A stretch of DNA of 64,000 nucleotides from Candidatus Poribacteria bacterium (lineage in GTDB: Bacteria; Poribacteria; WGA-4E; WGA-3G), in the NCBI GenBank assembly GCA_022394775.1, contig JAGFCB010000154.1, forward strand, positions 1,463 through 65,462, given 5' to 3'. This document shows positions 8,779 to 18,323 of this stretch, piece by piece (position 1 is the stretch's first letter; each line of letters begins with the position of its first letter). A program made the position numbers and the translations under genes. The notes under the pieces are model-generated. The model ran no database searches, was not told the origin of the DNA, and saw only the letters and a program-made list of their open reading frames with translations.

Positions 8779-9339
8779 TTAGTTACTAAGCAGTTCCTGC
8801 TGCTCACCACCTGCGTCAACAGCTGCGCTCTCCTCTGCAACTTCGGCGGTTTCATTCGCATCATCCTCATTGACTTCTTCATCTTCCGGCACCGAGTTCA
8901 GCGACTTTTGAAGAACAACGAGCGGTTTTTCAGTGAATCCCCAATCCTTATACCTCTGTATAACATTCGTCTCGGAGTTGGGAAGTTCAATTTCGAGCGT
9001 CTTCAGGCCATCTTCTTCTGCTGCAGTCTCAGCAGCCGCCATGAGATGGTCAGCGACCCCTAATGGACGAAAAGGCGCGGATACAGCAAGACCGCCGACT
9101 TCAGCGACTTCGGAATCAGCAGCGTCCCGAGTGATGGAAATTTGTCCAATCGGGTATCCGCCGACTTCAGCGACGAGTCGTTGTGTCTGGCTATCTTCAG
9201 CCAAATCGTCTTGCAATTCTTGCAAAACCTCCATCTTGCCCTTTTCAGGAAAACAGTATGCCTGTAAATGTCCCGCATCATCTTCTTCAGCCTGGCGCAC
9301 TATTACGGCACCACTGAAATTGAAATCTTGATTTGCCAT
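8779..9339 (-). CDS. GNAT family N-acetyltransferase with acidic C-terminal extension
   Basis: Start ATG 9339 is preceded by AAAGGAG. GNAT-like core (..VGGLAVSAPFRPLGVADHLM..), then an E/D-rich tail. Confidence 0.7.
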   Translation of the reverse strand: MANQDFNFSGAVIVRQAEEDDAGHLQAYCFPEKGKMEVLQELQDDLAEDSQTQRLVAEVGGYPIGQISITRDAADSEVAEVGGLAVSAPFRPLGVADHLMAAAETAAEEDGLKTLEIELPNSETNVIQRYKDWGFTEKPLVVLQKSLNSVPEDEEVNEDDANETAEVAEESAAVDAGGEQQELLSN

Positions 9340-9538
9340 GTGGCTCTCCTTTGTACTTATCAAGCTACCGGTATTTCCGCACATTGTGTCGCAACACGTT
9401 TGCATATCCGGCATCTATGTATGTTATCGTACCATTCTACTACAGATTATCTTACACTACAAGTATTTTCTTCAGGACTATTTAGTTTTAGATAAATTAC
9501 TGGATTTTCTAAATTTTTGAATCTTCTTTTTCAAGTCC

Positions 9539-9566
9539 GGTGCGGTTCCAAACTGCACCTGCGGGG
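9539..9566 (+). repeat. TTCCAAA-loop hairpin element (family copy)
   Basis: ggtgcgg-TTCCAAA-ctgcacc-TGCGGGG. Same architecture as 5293..5316 and as the cores of the elements at 36562..36587 and 49896..49908. Confidence 0.65.
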
Positions 9567-9639
9567 CCTGGGGCATCCAAAATTGAAGAAAAAAAACCGA
9601 GAACTAAATAATCCTGTATTTTCTTTCAGGTATGTAGGG

Positions 9640-12120
9640 CTATTCAGTTTCAGCCTTTTTGGTCAGAACCGTACTTTCCGTTTCTATATTATCGGATTCC
9701 TCAGACGCAATAGAAGGCGACTCACTGGCATCAGCAACATCGGCTGTTGTTGCTTCATCAAGACTTTCCTGCCCGATCCGCAATTGCCGCTCGGCATCAA
9801 CAACATCTCTATTAATCTTTTCGATGCACCGATTGAGTTTTTCCACGAGGGCAGTATGGCTCCTCATAGCACGGCGGATTTGGCGGAGTTGATCAATGAC
9901 GAGTCGAAAGGTTCGGACGAAGTCGCCAGCATCTATATGTGCGTATTTTTCAAGCTGATCAAACTCACAACCGCTGCTCCATGCCAACATTGCGGTACAA
10001 AGCCGGAACTCTAACACAGGCGTAATTTCCGTTACCTTGTGCTTGACCTCTAACTGCTGGATAAATGAGATTTCAGAACTGACAGCGTACAGTATGTCTA
10101 ATAAACGTTCATCTTTGAGTCGTTTAAAGTAACCATCTTTACGCGGTTCAGAGACGATCGCTACCATGAGGCAGTTAATTTCGTCTTCTGTAAGTTTTTC
10201 AAAAACACCGCTAAACAGCAATTGGGTGAACTGGACTTCATACCCATAGATATGTGCGGCAGCGCTGCCGCGTGGTAGAAGTGTTTGTGCCTCAATATAC
10301 CCCAATTCTTCAAGGACCTTCAGTCGCGCCGCTATTTGTCGTCTGGGATCATTCTCAATATAAGTCGTTCTGTTTTTAAATTTCCGAAGTCGCTTTTCTT
10401 CTCTACGGATAGTATAATATCTGTCTGTGCATGTTTGCAAGTGCTGACATCCCTCACAAAGACTCTGCTCGGCTTCCCTTTGCAGCAGAATAATTTTTTT
10501 CTGAACAGCGTTCAATCTTTTAACGCGTTCTTTTTCCTGCTTCTTCTTCCGCGTTTCCGATTTGATCTGTGCTATATGTATATGGTAATTCTGTAATTTT
10601 ATTTTATGATCTCGTTTCAGCCGATAATGTTCTTCAATCTGCTTGATTCCCTCAATACCGTCATGGATGCACTCTGGCTCAGGTAGTGCTTGGAGTTTCT
10701 CTGTTTTAACCGAGATCTGTTTGTTGAGATTCGCCACCCGTACGCGATTCTGATGATTGCTTAAACTCATCGTATAAACATCGTATATGTCATCACCATA
10801 TTTCTGATACAGATTAAGAATACTGGAATAGGAGAGATTAAACTGACTTTCTATCGGCTCTATCTTGTCAGCAACAACGCCTTTAATCTCACCTGAATCG
10901 GCGTATTTGGGTACAATTTGTGCATAAACGTACCCGATCGTATCAATCCCGCGTCTGCCAGCACGTCCTGCCATCTGGTGATATTCCCGTGCTTTGAGAT
11001 AACGGAATCCGATACCGTCAAATTTCCTAAGACTATCAAAGACGACAGTACAGGCAGGCATATTAATACCGACAGCAAATGTTTCAGTGGTAAAGAGGAG
11101 TTGGATTAACCCGGAAGTGAACAGCCTTTCTACGACCTCTTTGAGCGTCGGTAGCATCCCCGCGTGATGATAGGCGACCCCGCAGCTAATTAGTTTACGG
11201 AATTCCGTAATCTTTTTTTCTTCAACGATGTCAAATTGGACACAGAGTTGGTCAAATTGCCGTAAAATCTCTACTTTCTGTTTTTTATTCAGCAATTGCA
11301 GCTGCGATTCAAATACGAATGCGGAAGCGTTTTCCTCACACCCCTTTCGGCTAAAACAGAAATAGAGGCAGGGCAGCTGCTTCTCACGACGGAGATGTGG
11401 CAGAAGTCGTGTCTGTATAAAATCAGATGGAAGTCCTTTTACAGGTTTATCATTAAGCTGATCAGATTTTCTGCGTTTACGTCCATCGCGGGATGCTCTG
11501 TTCCGAAGTGCCCCCATATGTTTTACATTGCCAATACCGTAATCTTTAAAATAGAGATGATGCTCCAAAGGGACGGGTCGTTTTAATTCTTCGACGACCT
11601 CAATGTCAATATCTCGGACGCTTTGCATCCACTCCGCGAAGGGTTTGATGTTCGGGATTGTGGCACTCAGGCAGACAAATTTGATGTGTTGGGGGGCGAA
11701 AATAAGGCTCTCTTCCCAGACGGTGCCGCGCTCAATATCATTAATATAGTGAATTTCGTCAAAAATGACGTAAGAGACATCCTGTAACCGTTCAATACTA
11801 TCAAAGATGGTATTGCGGAAAATCTCGGTTGTCATCAATAATACTTGGGCGTACGGATTTAGGACTACATCACCGGTAACAATGCCGATTTTGTCCCCGT
11901 ATTCAGCATAAAAGTCTCGATATTTCTGATTACTGAGGGCTTTGATCGGTGCGGTGTAGATAACGCGGCGGTTTTCCGCGATGCATTTTTCGACAGCGTA
12001 CTCTGCGATAACAGTTTTGCCGGCACCCGTCGGTGCGGTGACAATAACCGAAGTATCCCGATTAATTGCCGCGATCGCTTCTTCCTGAAACCGATCCAAT
12101 TGTAACCCTTTATAAAGCAT
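9640..12120 (-). CDS. Ski2-like DEAD/DEAH-box helicase (HelY-type, with DSHCT-like C-terminal domain)
   Basis: Walker A APTGAGKT, DEIH box, SAT, helicase-C motif QMAGRAGRRG, then a long arch/coiled-coil and C-terminal domain. ATG 12120 is preceded by AAAGGAGG. Confidence 0.85.
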   Translation of the reverse strand: MLYKGLQLDRFQEEAIAAINRDTSVIVTAPTGAGKTVIAEYAVEKCIAENRRVIYTAPIKALSNQKYRDFYAEYGDKIGIVTGDVVLNPYAQVLLMTTEIFRNTIFDSIERLQDVSYVIFDEIHYINDIERGTVWEESLIFAPQHIKFVCLSATIPNIKPFAEWMQSVRDIDIEVVEELKRPVPLEHHLYFKDYGIGNVKHMGALRNRASRDGRKRRKSDQLNDKPVKGLPSDFIQTRLLPHLRREKQLPCLYFCFSRKGCEENASAFVFESQLQLLNKKQKVEILRQFDQLCVQFDIVEEKKITEFRKLISCGVAYHHAGMLPTLKEVVERLFTSGLIQLLFTTETFAVGINMPACTVVFDSLRKFDGIGFRYLKAREYHQMAGRAGRRGIDTIGYVYAQIVPKYADSGEIKGVVADKIEPIESQFNLSYSSILNLYQKYGDDIYDVYTMSLSNHQNRVRVANLNKQISVKTEKLQALPEPECIHDGIEGIKQIEEHYRLKRDHKIKLQNYHIHIAQIKSETRKKKQEKERVKRLNAVQKKIILLQREAEQSLCEGCQHLQTCTDRYYTIRREEKRLRKFKNRTTYIENDPRRQIAARLKVLEELGYIEAQTLLPRGSAAAHIYGYEVQFTQLLFSGVFEKLTEDEINCLMVAIVSEPRKDGYFKRLKDERLLDILYAVSSEISFIQQLEVKHKVTEITPVLEFRLCTAMLAWSSGCEFDQLEKYAHIDAGDFVRTFRLVIDQLRQIRRAMRSHTALVEKLNRCIEKINRDVVDAERQLRIGQESLDEATTADVADASESPSIASEESDNIETESTVLTKKAETE

Positions 12121-12261
12121 CCAGCCCTCCTTTGCATCCAAGAACGTCTCTGTGTAGTGTATAGACGTTTGAGGTATAATGTTACAAACAATTCTAATAG
12201 ATATGGTATTTTTTGTCAAGTGAAATCGTTTTTTTGCCCGTTGTAGATATTAGGTTTACGC

Positions 12262-12290
12262 TTGACATCCGTCGCCTCCTGTGTTATTAT
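12262..12290 (+). promoter_or_regulatory. sigma70-like promoter for the 12331 gene
   Basis: TTGACA (12262..12267), 17-nt spacer, TATTAT (12285..12290). Confidence 0.5.
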
Positions 12291-12330
12291 GATATAAGAA
12301 CTTCTACACCTATAATAACTGGAGGGAATC

Positions 12331-12813
12331 ATGAAAAATGGTAAGCGGTACCGACACTACCGACATATTTGGATAAAACGAACCGTAGGTATCCTTATAT
12401 GCGTCGCACTTTTCGGTGTTATCGCGTGGGCGCAAAAGGCGGAGAATAAAAATGCACAGGCAAGAACATGGGCGGATCTTGGCGTAACACCCGAACATCA
12501 GACCCAACTTAAAGCATTATGGGAGTTGAAACGCCAAAAGGAGATTCAGGCAGTCAAAGACTTGAAAACTTTAAACCGATTTGCAAAGGACTCGCTTGCT
12601 ACAGACGCGGAGATTCAAGAAACCTTGGAAGCATTTCGGGTAAAACGCAAAGAAACACAAGGGGAAATTGATAAGGCAGAGGCAGCATTGATTGAGATAT
12701 TACCGACGCAAGCCCAACTCCATTTAACGCTTTTGGGCATCTTGGATAACGGTGTCCCGCGGAAAATAACGAAGCCACAAACTAACAAGAAAACAGAAGA
12801 AACACCGCAGTAG
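12331..12813 (+). CDS. hypothetical periplasmic protein (Spy/CpxP-like helical protein?)
   Basis: RBS GGAGGG 6 nt upstream. Signal/anchor segment, then K/E/Q-rich helical sequence. Function not recognised with confidence. Confidence 0.5.
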   Translation: MKNGKRYRHYRHIWIKRTVGILICVALFGVIAWAQKAENKNAQARTWADLGVTPEHQTQLKALWELKRQKEIQAVKDLKTLNRFAKDSLATDAEIQETLEAFRVKRKETQGEIDKAEAALIEILPTQAQLHLTLLGILDNGVPRKITKPQTNKKTEETPQ

Positions 12814-12826
12814 AGAAAATAAAAAG

Positions 12827-12899
<73 letters not shown>

Positions 12900-12974
12900 A
12901 CATTAAAGATCGTTTTAATTATATCACACATTCCCAAGGAATGCAAGAAAAATTTGCTTTCTTTCAGAAAAATA

Positions 12975-13808
12975 ATGAGAAACCCGAAAACAGATCCGTT
13001 CTTTTCCTTCGCTAACCTTGATAATAGCGAAATGCAGCTCGCAATGGGCGCGCTGCTTATCGCGCAAGGCGAGTACCCTGAACTCAATATTGAGGCATAT
13101 CTTCGGCAATTGGATGAAATGGCAGACGCAGTTCGGGAACAGATCCAAGCGACTACGCTACCTGAGCAACACATCGCTGAACTGAATCGCTATCTCTTTG
13201 AAGAAAAAGGGTTCACAGGAAATATCGACAATTACTACGCCTTGGGGAACAACTTTCTCAACATCGTTCTGGAACAAAAGACGGGGATCCCAATTACGTT
13301 AGCGGTCGTCTATATTGAAGTCGGTAGACGTGCAGGGCTTCCGCTCGTTGGCATCAATTTTCCGGGGCATTTCCTCGTCAAATACCGACTTGAACATTTA
13401 GATATTCTCCTCGATGTGTTTGAAAACGGGATGCTTATGACTGAGGATACGCTTCGCTCAAAACTTCAAGCCAATTTTGAGGAATCTGTGTCGTTAGCAC
13501 CGAGTATGTTAGCCGAAGCCACGGATAAAGAAATTTTAGCGCGTATTTTGCGAAATCTAACGCGTGCCTATACACTTCTTGAGAAGTATGATAAAGCGGT
13601 TACCGCCGCCGAACGCATTATGTGGTTGCTCCCAGAGGCTACTGGGGATTACCGCACGCTCGGTTATCTTTACTACAAAAACCACGCGTATCATAAGAGC
13701 ATCACCGCTTTTGAAACATATCTTCAACTTGCGAAGGAACCCCCGGATGCGGCAGCAGTCGAGCGAAATATACAACAACTCCAAAAACTGCTTTCACGTC
13801 TGAATTAA
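12975..13808 (+). CDS. SirB1/YchA-like protein (transglutaminase-like N-domain plus TPR)
   Basis: Motif TGIPITLAVVYIEVGRRAGLPLVGINFPGHFLVKY followed by a TPR-like C-terminus. Start is uncertain (TTG 12954 or ATG 12975). Confidence 0.7.
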   Translation: MRNPKTDPFFSFANLDNSEMQLAMGALLIAQGEYPELNIEAYLRQLDEMADAVREQIQATTLPEQHIAELNRYLFEEKGFTGNIDNYYALGNNFLNIVLEQKTGIPITLAVVYIEVGRRAGLPLVGINFPGHFLVKYRLEHLDILLDVFENGMLMTEDTLRSKLQANFEESVSLAPSMLAEATDKEILARILRNLTRAYTLLEKYDKAVTAAERIMWLLPEATGDYRTLGYLYYKNHAYHKSITAFETYLQLAKEPPDAAAVERNIQQLQKLLSRLN

Positions 13809-13858
13809 AAAACTGAGTACCCAGAACCATTTTATCAACACACTTTTCGATATAACAA

Positions 13859-14548
13859 ATGAAAATCTTAGGTATTGATACCTCAACCCCTATTGGCAGC
13901 GTCGCCTTAATCGATGGCGACAATTTAGTCGCTGAACATACCCTCAATATCGTCCAAGCACACTCCTCCAGACTCATGCCTGCGATTGACGGTGTCCTGA
14001 AATGGGGCGATATTACTGCAGACACTTTAGATGGATGCGCCGTCGGCATTGGCCCCGGTTCGTTCACTGGTATCCGTATCGGTGTTGCGACGATTAAATC
14101 GCTCTGTTACGCGCTCGACAAACCGATTGTCGGTGTCTCAACCTTGGAAGCAATCGCCTATAATCTCCGATGGACAAACAGCATCATCTGTCCGCTCCTT
14201 GACGCGCGGCGAAGTGAAATCTATGGTGCTATTTTTGAAGGCGGGTCCGAATGGCAACGTCTCAGCGAAGATATCTGCTTACCGATTGATGCTTTCCTTG
14301 ATCGGCTTGGTGAAATGACGGCACAACGGCGTGTACCTACTACTTTTAACTTTGTTGGTGATGGACTGGCGACGTACGGGGAGGCAGTCCGCGAAAGACT
14401 CGGCGAGCGTGCTCACTTTGCGGATCCTATTTTCAATGTTCCACGGGGTGCAGCTATTGCTTGTCTTGGAAAACAACGACTCCAAACAGGCGATATTGAT
14501 GACTACTGGACTTTGGTGCCAAACTATGTTAGAGTTGGGCTATACTGA
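13859..14548 (+). CDS. tsaB: tRNA t6A37 biosynthesis protein TsaB
   Basis: MKILGIDTSTPIGSVAL.., ..GIGPGSFTGIRIG.. and about 229 aa length are typical of TsaB. Confidence 0.9.
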   Translation: MKILGIDTSTPIGSVALIDGDNLVAEHTLNIVQAHSSRLMPAIDGVLKWGDITADTLDGCAVGIGPGSFTGIRIGVATIKSLCYALDKPIVGVSTLEAIAYNLRWTNSIICPLLDARRSEIYGAIFEGGSEWQRLSEDICLPIDAFLDRLGEMTAQRRVPTTFNFVGDGLATYGEAVRERLGERAHFADPIFNVPRGAAIACLGKQRLQTGDIDDYWTLVPNYVRVGLY

Positions 14549-14585
14549 TTAGGACTTACGGAAAAATAGTAATTTCGGTGTTTTT

Positions 14586-14659
14586 AACCCCCTAAAGAAT
14601 CAGAATCAACGGTATGAATGCCTTATGGGCATTCCCCGCCCCTTATCAGGAGACTTTAA
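14586..14659 (+). repeat. short interspersed repeat carrying a nested hairpin insertion
   Basis: aaccccctaaa (14586..14596) and ccccttatcaggagactttaa (14639..14659) are contiguous in the copy at 32970..33003. Here they are separated by 42 bp containing the hairpin gaatgcc-ttatg-ggcattc (14616..14634). Confidence 0.6.
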
Positions 14660-14684
14660 GAGGAATGCTTTAAGGAGGTTTTTT

Positions 14685-15557
14685 ATGATATTTACTCATT
14701 TCTGCAGATGTTTACTTATCCTATTGCTCTCTATAGGTATCACAACAACCGGCCACACTTTAGAAATCGGCGACAGCGTGTTTGGTTCCGAGCTTGCCAC
14801 AGATATTGAATACGCAGAAAATTTGCACGGCAAATCAAACGTGTATGTCATAAATTATATGGTACCTGAGTCAAAGTCGGATGCCCCAGAAATCAGCGAA
14901 GAACTCATGCTAAAATATAACACGACGGTAGTGTCGAGACAAGTATCCGAAGTAGAAGAAACCGGATTGTTCATTATTGATAAATCAGGGTACGTGCGAT
15001 GGAGACACTCCGGTGAAACCGAAAATCCGACATTAGAAGAACTCACAACAGCACTCGCCAAACTTAAGCGGAACACGCCTTTACCTATCGGCTCATCTGC
15101 CCCAGATTTTAACCTCATTGAAGCGGACGGCAAAACACAGTTCAAACTTTCGGATTATAGAGGAAAGAAGAACGTCCTTGTCAGTTTATTGCTTCAGACG
15201 TACTGACCGGTTTGTGCGAATTACACGGCGCAGTTTGCGACCGATCAAAAACTATTCAACGAAAAATATGACACTGTTGTTGCAGTGATTAAACCGGAAC
15301 CGCTTTCAGTCATATCGAAATTTAAGGATACTGAAACGATGGACGTTCCGCTGCTTGCGGATCCGGGTTCTTCTGTTCATGAATCTTACGGTATTGTCAA
15401 ACCGTATCACTTCCACCGTCGGGATATGTACCTACCTGCGACCTTCATAGTCGATAAAGCGGGTAACTTAAAATGGCTCTATATCGGTAAACGCAATTCG
15501 GATCGTCCTGCCCGGGAATTGATTCTCGAACAACTCTCGCAGCTGCAGCATAGATGA
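14685..15557 (+). CDS. secreted thioredoxin-fold / AhpC-TSA (peroxiredoxin- or TlpA-like) protein with in-frame TGA; candidate selenoprotein
   Basis: ATG 14685 is preceded by AAGGAGG. Track ORFs 14625..15206 and 15285..15557 share one frame and are split only by TGA 15204..15206. Read-through gives ..SAPDFNLIEADGKTQFKLSDYRGKKNVLVSLLLQTY-U-PVCANY.., a UxxC redox motif. Stop TGA 15555..15557 overlaps the next gene's ATG (ATGA). Confidence 0.6.
15204..15206 (+). other. in-frame TGA, candidate selenocysteine codon (or a nonsense mutation)
   Basis: Occupies the position of the N-terminal Cys of the thioredoxin-fold CxxC motif. 26 sense codons in the same frame link it to the downstream ORF. Confidence 0.5.
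15208..15243 (+). promoter_or_regulatory. possible SECIS-like stem-loop downstream of the TGA
   Basis: Outer stem is 15208..15212 (cggtt) with 15239..15243 (gaccg, one G-U pair). Inner stem is 15215..15218 (tgcg) with 15229..15232 (cgca). Loop is aattacacgg. Drawn by eye and modest, so not decisive. Confidence 0.25.
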
Positions 15558-16984
15558 ACCGTATCTTTAAAAACACATCCAGCCTTTTTAGCGCGCACCT
15601 TATCGGCCGCCTCGGTTCACTGGTAATAACAGTCTGGCTGATGCAACGTTATTTTACTGAAAGTGAACTCGGCGGCTATTTTGTTGCAATCGCGCTGACC
15701 AACCTGATTGCAATCCTGACAGAACTCGGCATACAAAACCCGCTGATCCGAGAGATGACGCTGCACCTGGAGCAGACACGACACTATCTCGGCAATGCGC
15801 TCATTGTTCGCGGGATTCTATCAATCATTGCATACAGTCTCATGCTTATCAGCGGTATTTTCCTCTACACTCCGATAATTGTAGAGATGATCATTTTCTT
15901 AGGATTGGCAGAGATCGCTAATTCCATTGCACAGTTGTACCGGTGTGTCTTCCGCGCACACGAGGAGATGACATACGAGGCACTCACTGTGATTGCCGAG
16001 CGTGGCATGTTCCTCTTCGTCAGTGGTGCAGCGATCCTCTTTGGATATGGTCCGGTGGATGTTTGTCAGATAATGTTGGCAGCAGGTTGCGTTAACCTCG
16101 TCTTGAGCGTTGGGTTCACCCGATTTCGCTTCACGCCGCTCCGGTTCCAACCCAGCCGAGAAACGGTAAAGGTGCTGATGCAGCAGGCACTTCCGTTTGC
16201 TATCGGCAATCTCTTCAACCTACTCTATTTTCGTGTAGATGCGATCATGCTGTCAAAGTTAAGTTCAGAAGGTGTAGATGCTAACACATGGTATGGGTTG
16301 GCATATACCATTGTCAACGCCTTCACGATACTGCCGGGCGCGTTTATGATGGGTGCTATGTTTCCAGTGCTATCGCGGGCTTGGGAGCGAGAGAAGGGGA
16401 GATTCCCAAGCGCGTACACGTTCGGTATGCGATGGATGATACTGTGCGGACTTCCGTTTGCGGTCGGGCTTTCAACACTATCTCCCGAAATTGCGGGGGT
16501 ATTATTTCCGACTTATACCTCGGAGCAAGTAAATAAAATCGCAACGGCACTTCAATGGCTCAGTTGGTCGGGTGGCCTTATCTTCATAACAACGGTAGTC
16601 CTGGCAGTCCTACGAGCTACAGATAAACGACGTGCCTTCTCAGTGCTCATGGGGACAACGGCATTCTTGAACATCTGCCTGAATTTATATCTGATCCCAC
16701 GTTTCAGCCATGTCGGTGCAGCAATAGCGATGGTTATCAGTGAAGCATACATACTCATCGTTGGGATCGGCTATATCTCAAGAAATATCGTTAAATTTCG
16801 CGAGACATCCCGCATCATACGAACACTTCTGAAAGCAGGCTTTCTCGCTGCTGTGATGGGAGTCGGTTTGGTATTGTTAAAGGGATTTCTCTCAGTTTGG
16901 GTTTTGATTCCGTTGTCCATGCTGTTTTACGCTGGTGGGATCGCCGTTTTAGGGGAATTCCGGGCAAGGTTTAGGTTTGATTAG
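15554..16984 (+). CDS. polysaccharide biosynthesis protein / oligosaccharide flippase (Wzx-like, MOP superfamily)
   Basis: 476 aa with about 12-14 predicted helices and the typical N-terminus (NTSSLFSAHLIGRLGSLV). Translationally coupled to the upstream gene by an ATGA overlap. Confidence 0.8.
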   Translation: MNRIFKNTSSLFSAHLIGRLGSLVITVWLMQRYFTESELGGYFVAIALTNLIAILTELGIQNPLIREMTLHLEQTRHYLGNALIVRGILSIIAYSLMLISGIFLYTPIIVEMIIFLGLAEIANSIAQLYRCVFRAHEEMTYEALTVIAERGMFLFVSGAAILFGYGPVDVCQIMLAAGCVNLVLSVGFTRFRFTPLRFQPSRETVKVLMQQALPFAIGNLFNLLYFRVDAIMLSKLSSEGVDANTWYGLAYTIVNAFTILPGAFMMGAMFPVLSRAWEREKGRFPSAYTFGMRWMILCGLPFAVGLSTLSPEIAGVLFPTYTSEQVNKIATALQWLSWSGGLIFITTVVLAVLRATDKRRAFSVLMGTTAFLNICLNLYLIPRFSHVGAAIAMVISEAYILIVGIGYISRNIVKFRETSRIIRTLLKAGFLAAVMGVGLVLLKGFLSVWVLIPLSMLFYAGGIAVLGEFRARFRFD

Positions 16985-17051
16985 CACTTGGTTTTAAAAC
17001 GCGAGTTCAACTCTGTTCCAAACAGATTTCGCGAATGAAAAAGAATCGCTC

Positions 17052-18323
17052 TCAAGCGTACAACTGTTCCAGCACCTCAAAATAATCAGGGAACGTCTTG
17101 TTAACACACTCTGGATCCTTAATCCGAATCCCGTTCGCCTTTAAACCGACGAGCGAAAACGCCATCGCTACGCGATGATCTTCATAAGTGTCAATCGCTG
17201 CGGGAGTAATAGAGGCAGGTGAGATTTCGAGTCCGTCTTGGTGTTCAACTACAGGAACACCGAGCTTCCTTAGTTCCGTTACCATCGCATGAATCCGATC
17301 GGTCTCTTGCCAGCGCGTGTGTTCAATGTTTCGGATGGTTACTTTGCTATCAGCAAAAGGTGCGATTGCAGCAAGGGTCAGGGCAGTATCCGAAATCGTC
17401 CGCATATCAACATCAACGCCTTTTAATTGGCAGCGCGGTCCAGTAACGGTAATACCTGTGTTAGAAACGTTTGTCTGACAGCCCATCTGTTCTAAGATAT
17501 GTATAAACTGGAGATCCCCTTGTGCGGAATCTAAATTTAGGTGTTGGACAGTGACACGTCCACCGGTGAGTGCAGCGGCAGCAAAGAAGTAAGAGGCGTT
17601 AGAGGCATCCGGCTCAATGTTATAGACCCGCGGCTGATACTGCTGTCCACCTTCAATCCGAAAAAACTTGTAGTCCTCGCTTATGACCTGTACACCAAAC
17701 GCTGTCATGACGGATCGTGTGATGTCAATATAAGGCATTGTTCGGCTACCGAGGACCTCAATCTCCATACCGTTTTTTGCATAAGGCGCGATGAGCAGCA
17801 ATGCTGTTAAGAACTGGCTGCTCTTACTGATATCCAGCTGGGTTTTTCCACCTTCAAGTCCGTCTGCTTCAATAATGACAGGGAGATGTCCGTTCTCAAA
17901 TTGGGTGCGCGCCGAAACTCCGATTTGTCTGAGTGCGTCAAGTAGGTCCGCGATAGGACGCCCGTGGCGCATCGGTTCATCGCCATCAATGATAAATTTA
18001 CCGTGTCCCAAAGAAACGTAGGCGGTAAGCGAGCGCGAAGTGGTGCCAGAGTTTCCGATGTAGAGATCCGCGCTGGAAACTGGAATATCGCCCCCGTTTC
18101 CATGGATATCGAACCTTGCTTGTTTTTCATCAGCATCAATTTTGACTCCGAGTTTTCGCAGCGACGCGGACATATAACGTGTATCATCGCTAAAAAGCGC
18201 GCCTGTTAGTGTCGAGGTGCCGCGTGCCATTGCAGCGACCAGCAATGCTCGGTTGGTATAACTCTTAGAACCCGGGACCTCTATCGTGGCATTGATCGGT
18301 TTACGGATCGGCTGTATCTCCAT
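17052..18323 (-). CDS. aroA: 3-phosphoshikimate 1-carboxyvinyltransferase (EPSP synthase)
   Basis: VPGSKSYTNRALLVAA, LYIGNSGTTSRSL and length 423 aa. Confidence 0.95.
   Translation of the reverse strand: MEIQPIRKPINATIEVPGSKSYTNRALLVAAMARGTSTLTGALFSDDTRYMSASLRKLGVKIDADEKQARFDIHGNGGDIPVSSADLYIGNSGTTSRSLTAYVSLGHGKFIIDGDEPMRHGRPIADLLDALRQIGVSARTQFENGHLPVIIEADGLEGGKTQLDISKSSQFLTALLLIAPYAKNGMEIEVLGSRTMPYIDITRSVMTAFGVQVISEDYKFFRIEGGQQYQPRVYNIEPDASNASYFFAAAALTGGRVTVQHLNLDSAQGDLQFIHILEQMGCQTNVSNTGITVTGPRCQLKGVDVDMRTISDTALTLAAIAPFADSKVTIRNIEHTRWQETDRIHAMVTELRKLGVPVVEHQDGLEISPASITPAAIDTYEDHRVAMAFSLVGLKANGIRIKDPECVNKTFPDYFEVLEQLYA

Noticed and set aside
14625-15557. Treating the split peroxiredoxin-like ORFs as a plain nonsense pseudogene or as two separate genes
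   Set aside because: This is not adopted as the primary reading. The single stop is TGA at the redox Cys position, the downstream frame is intact for 116 codons, and it ends in an ATGA coupling to the next gene. The second ORF alone (GTG 15285) would lack the active site. Pseudogene status cannot be excluded without evidence of Sec machinery.
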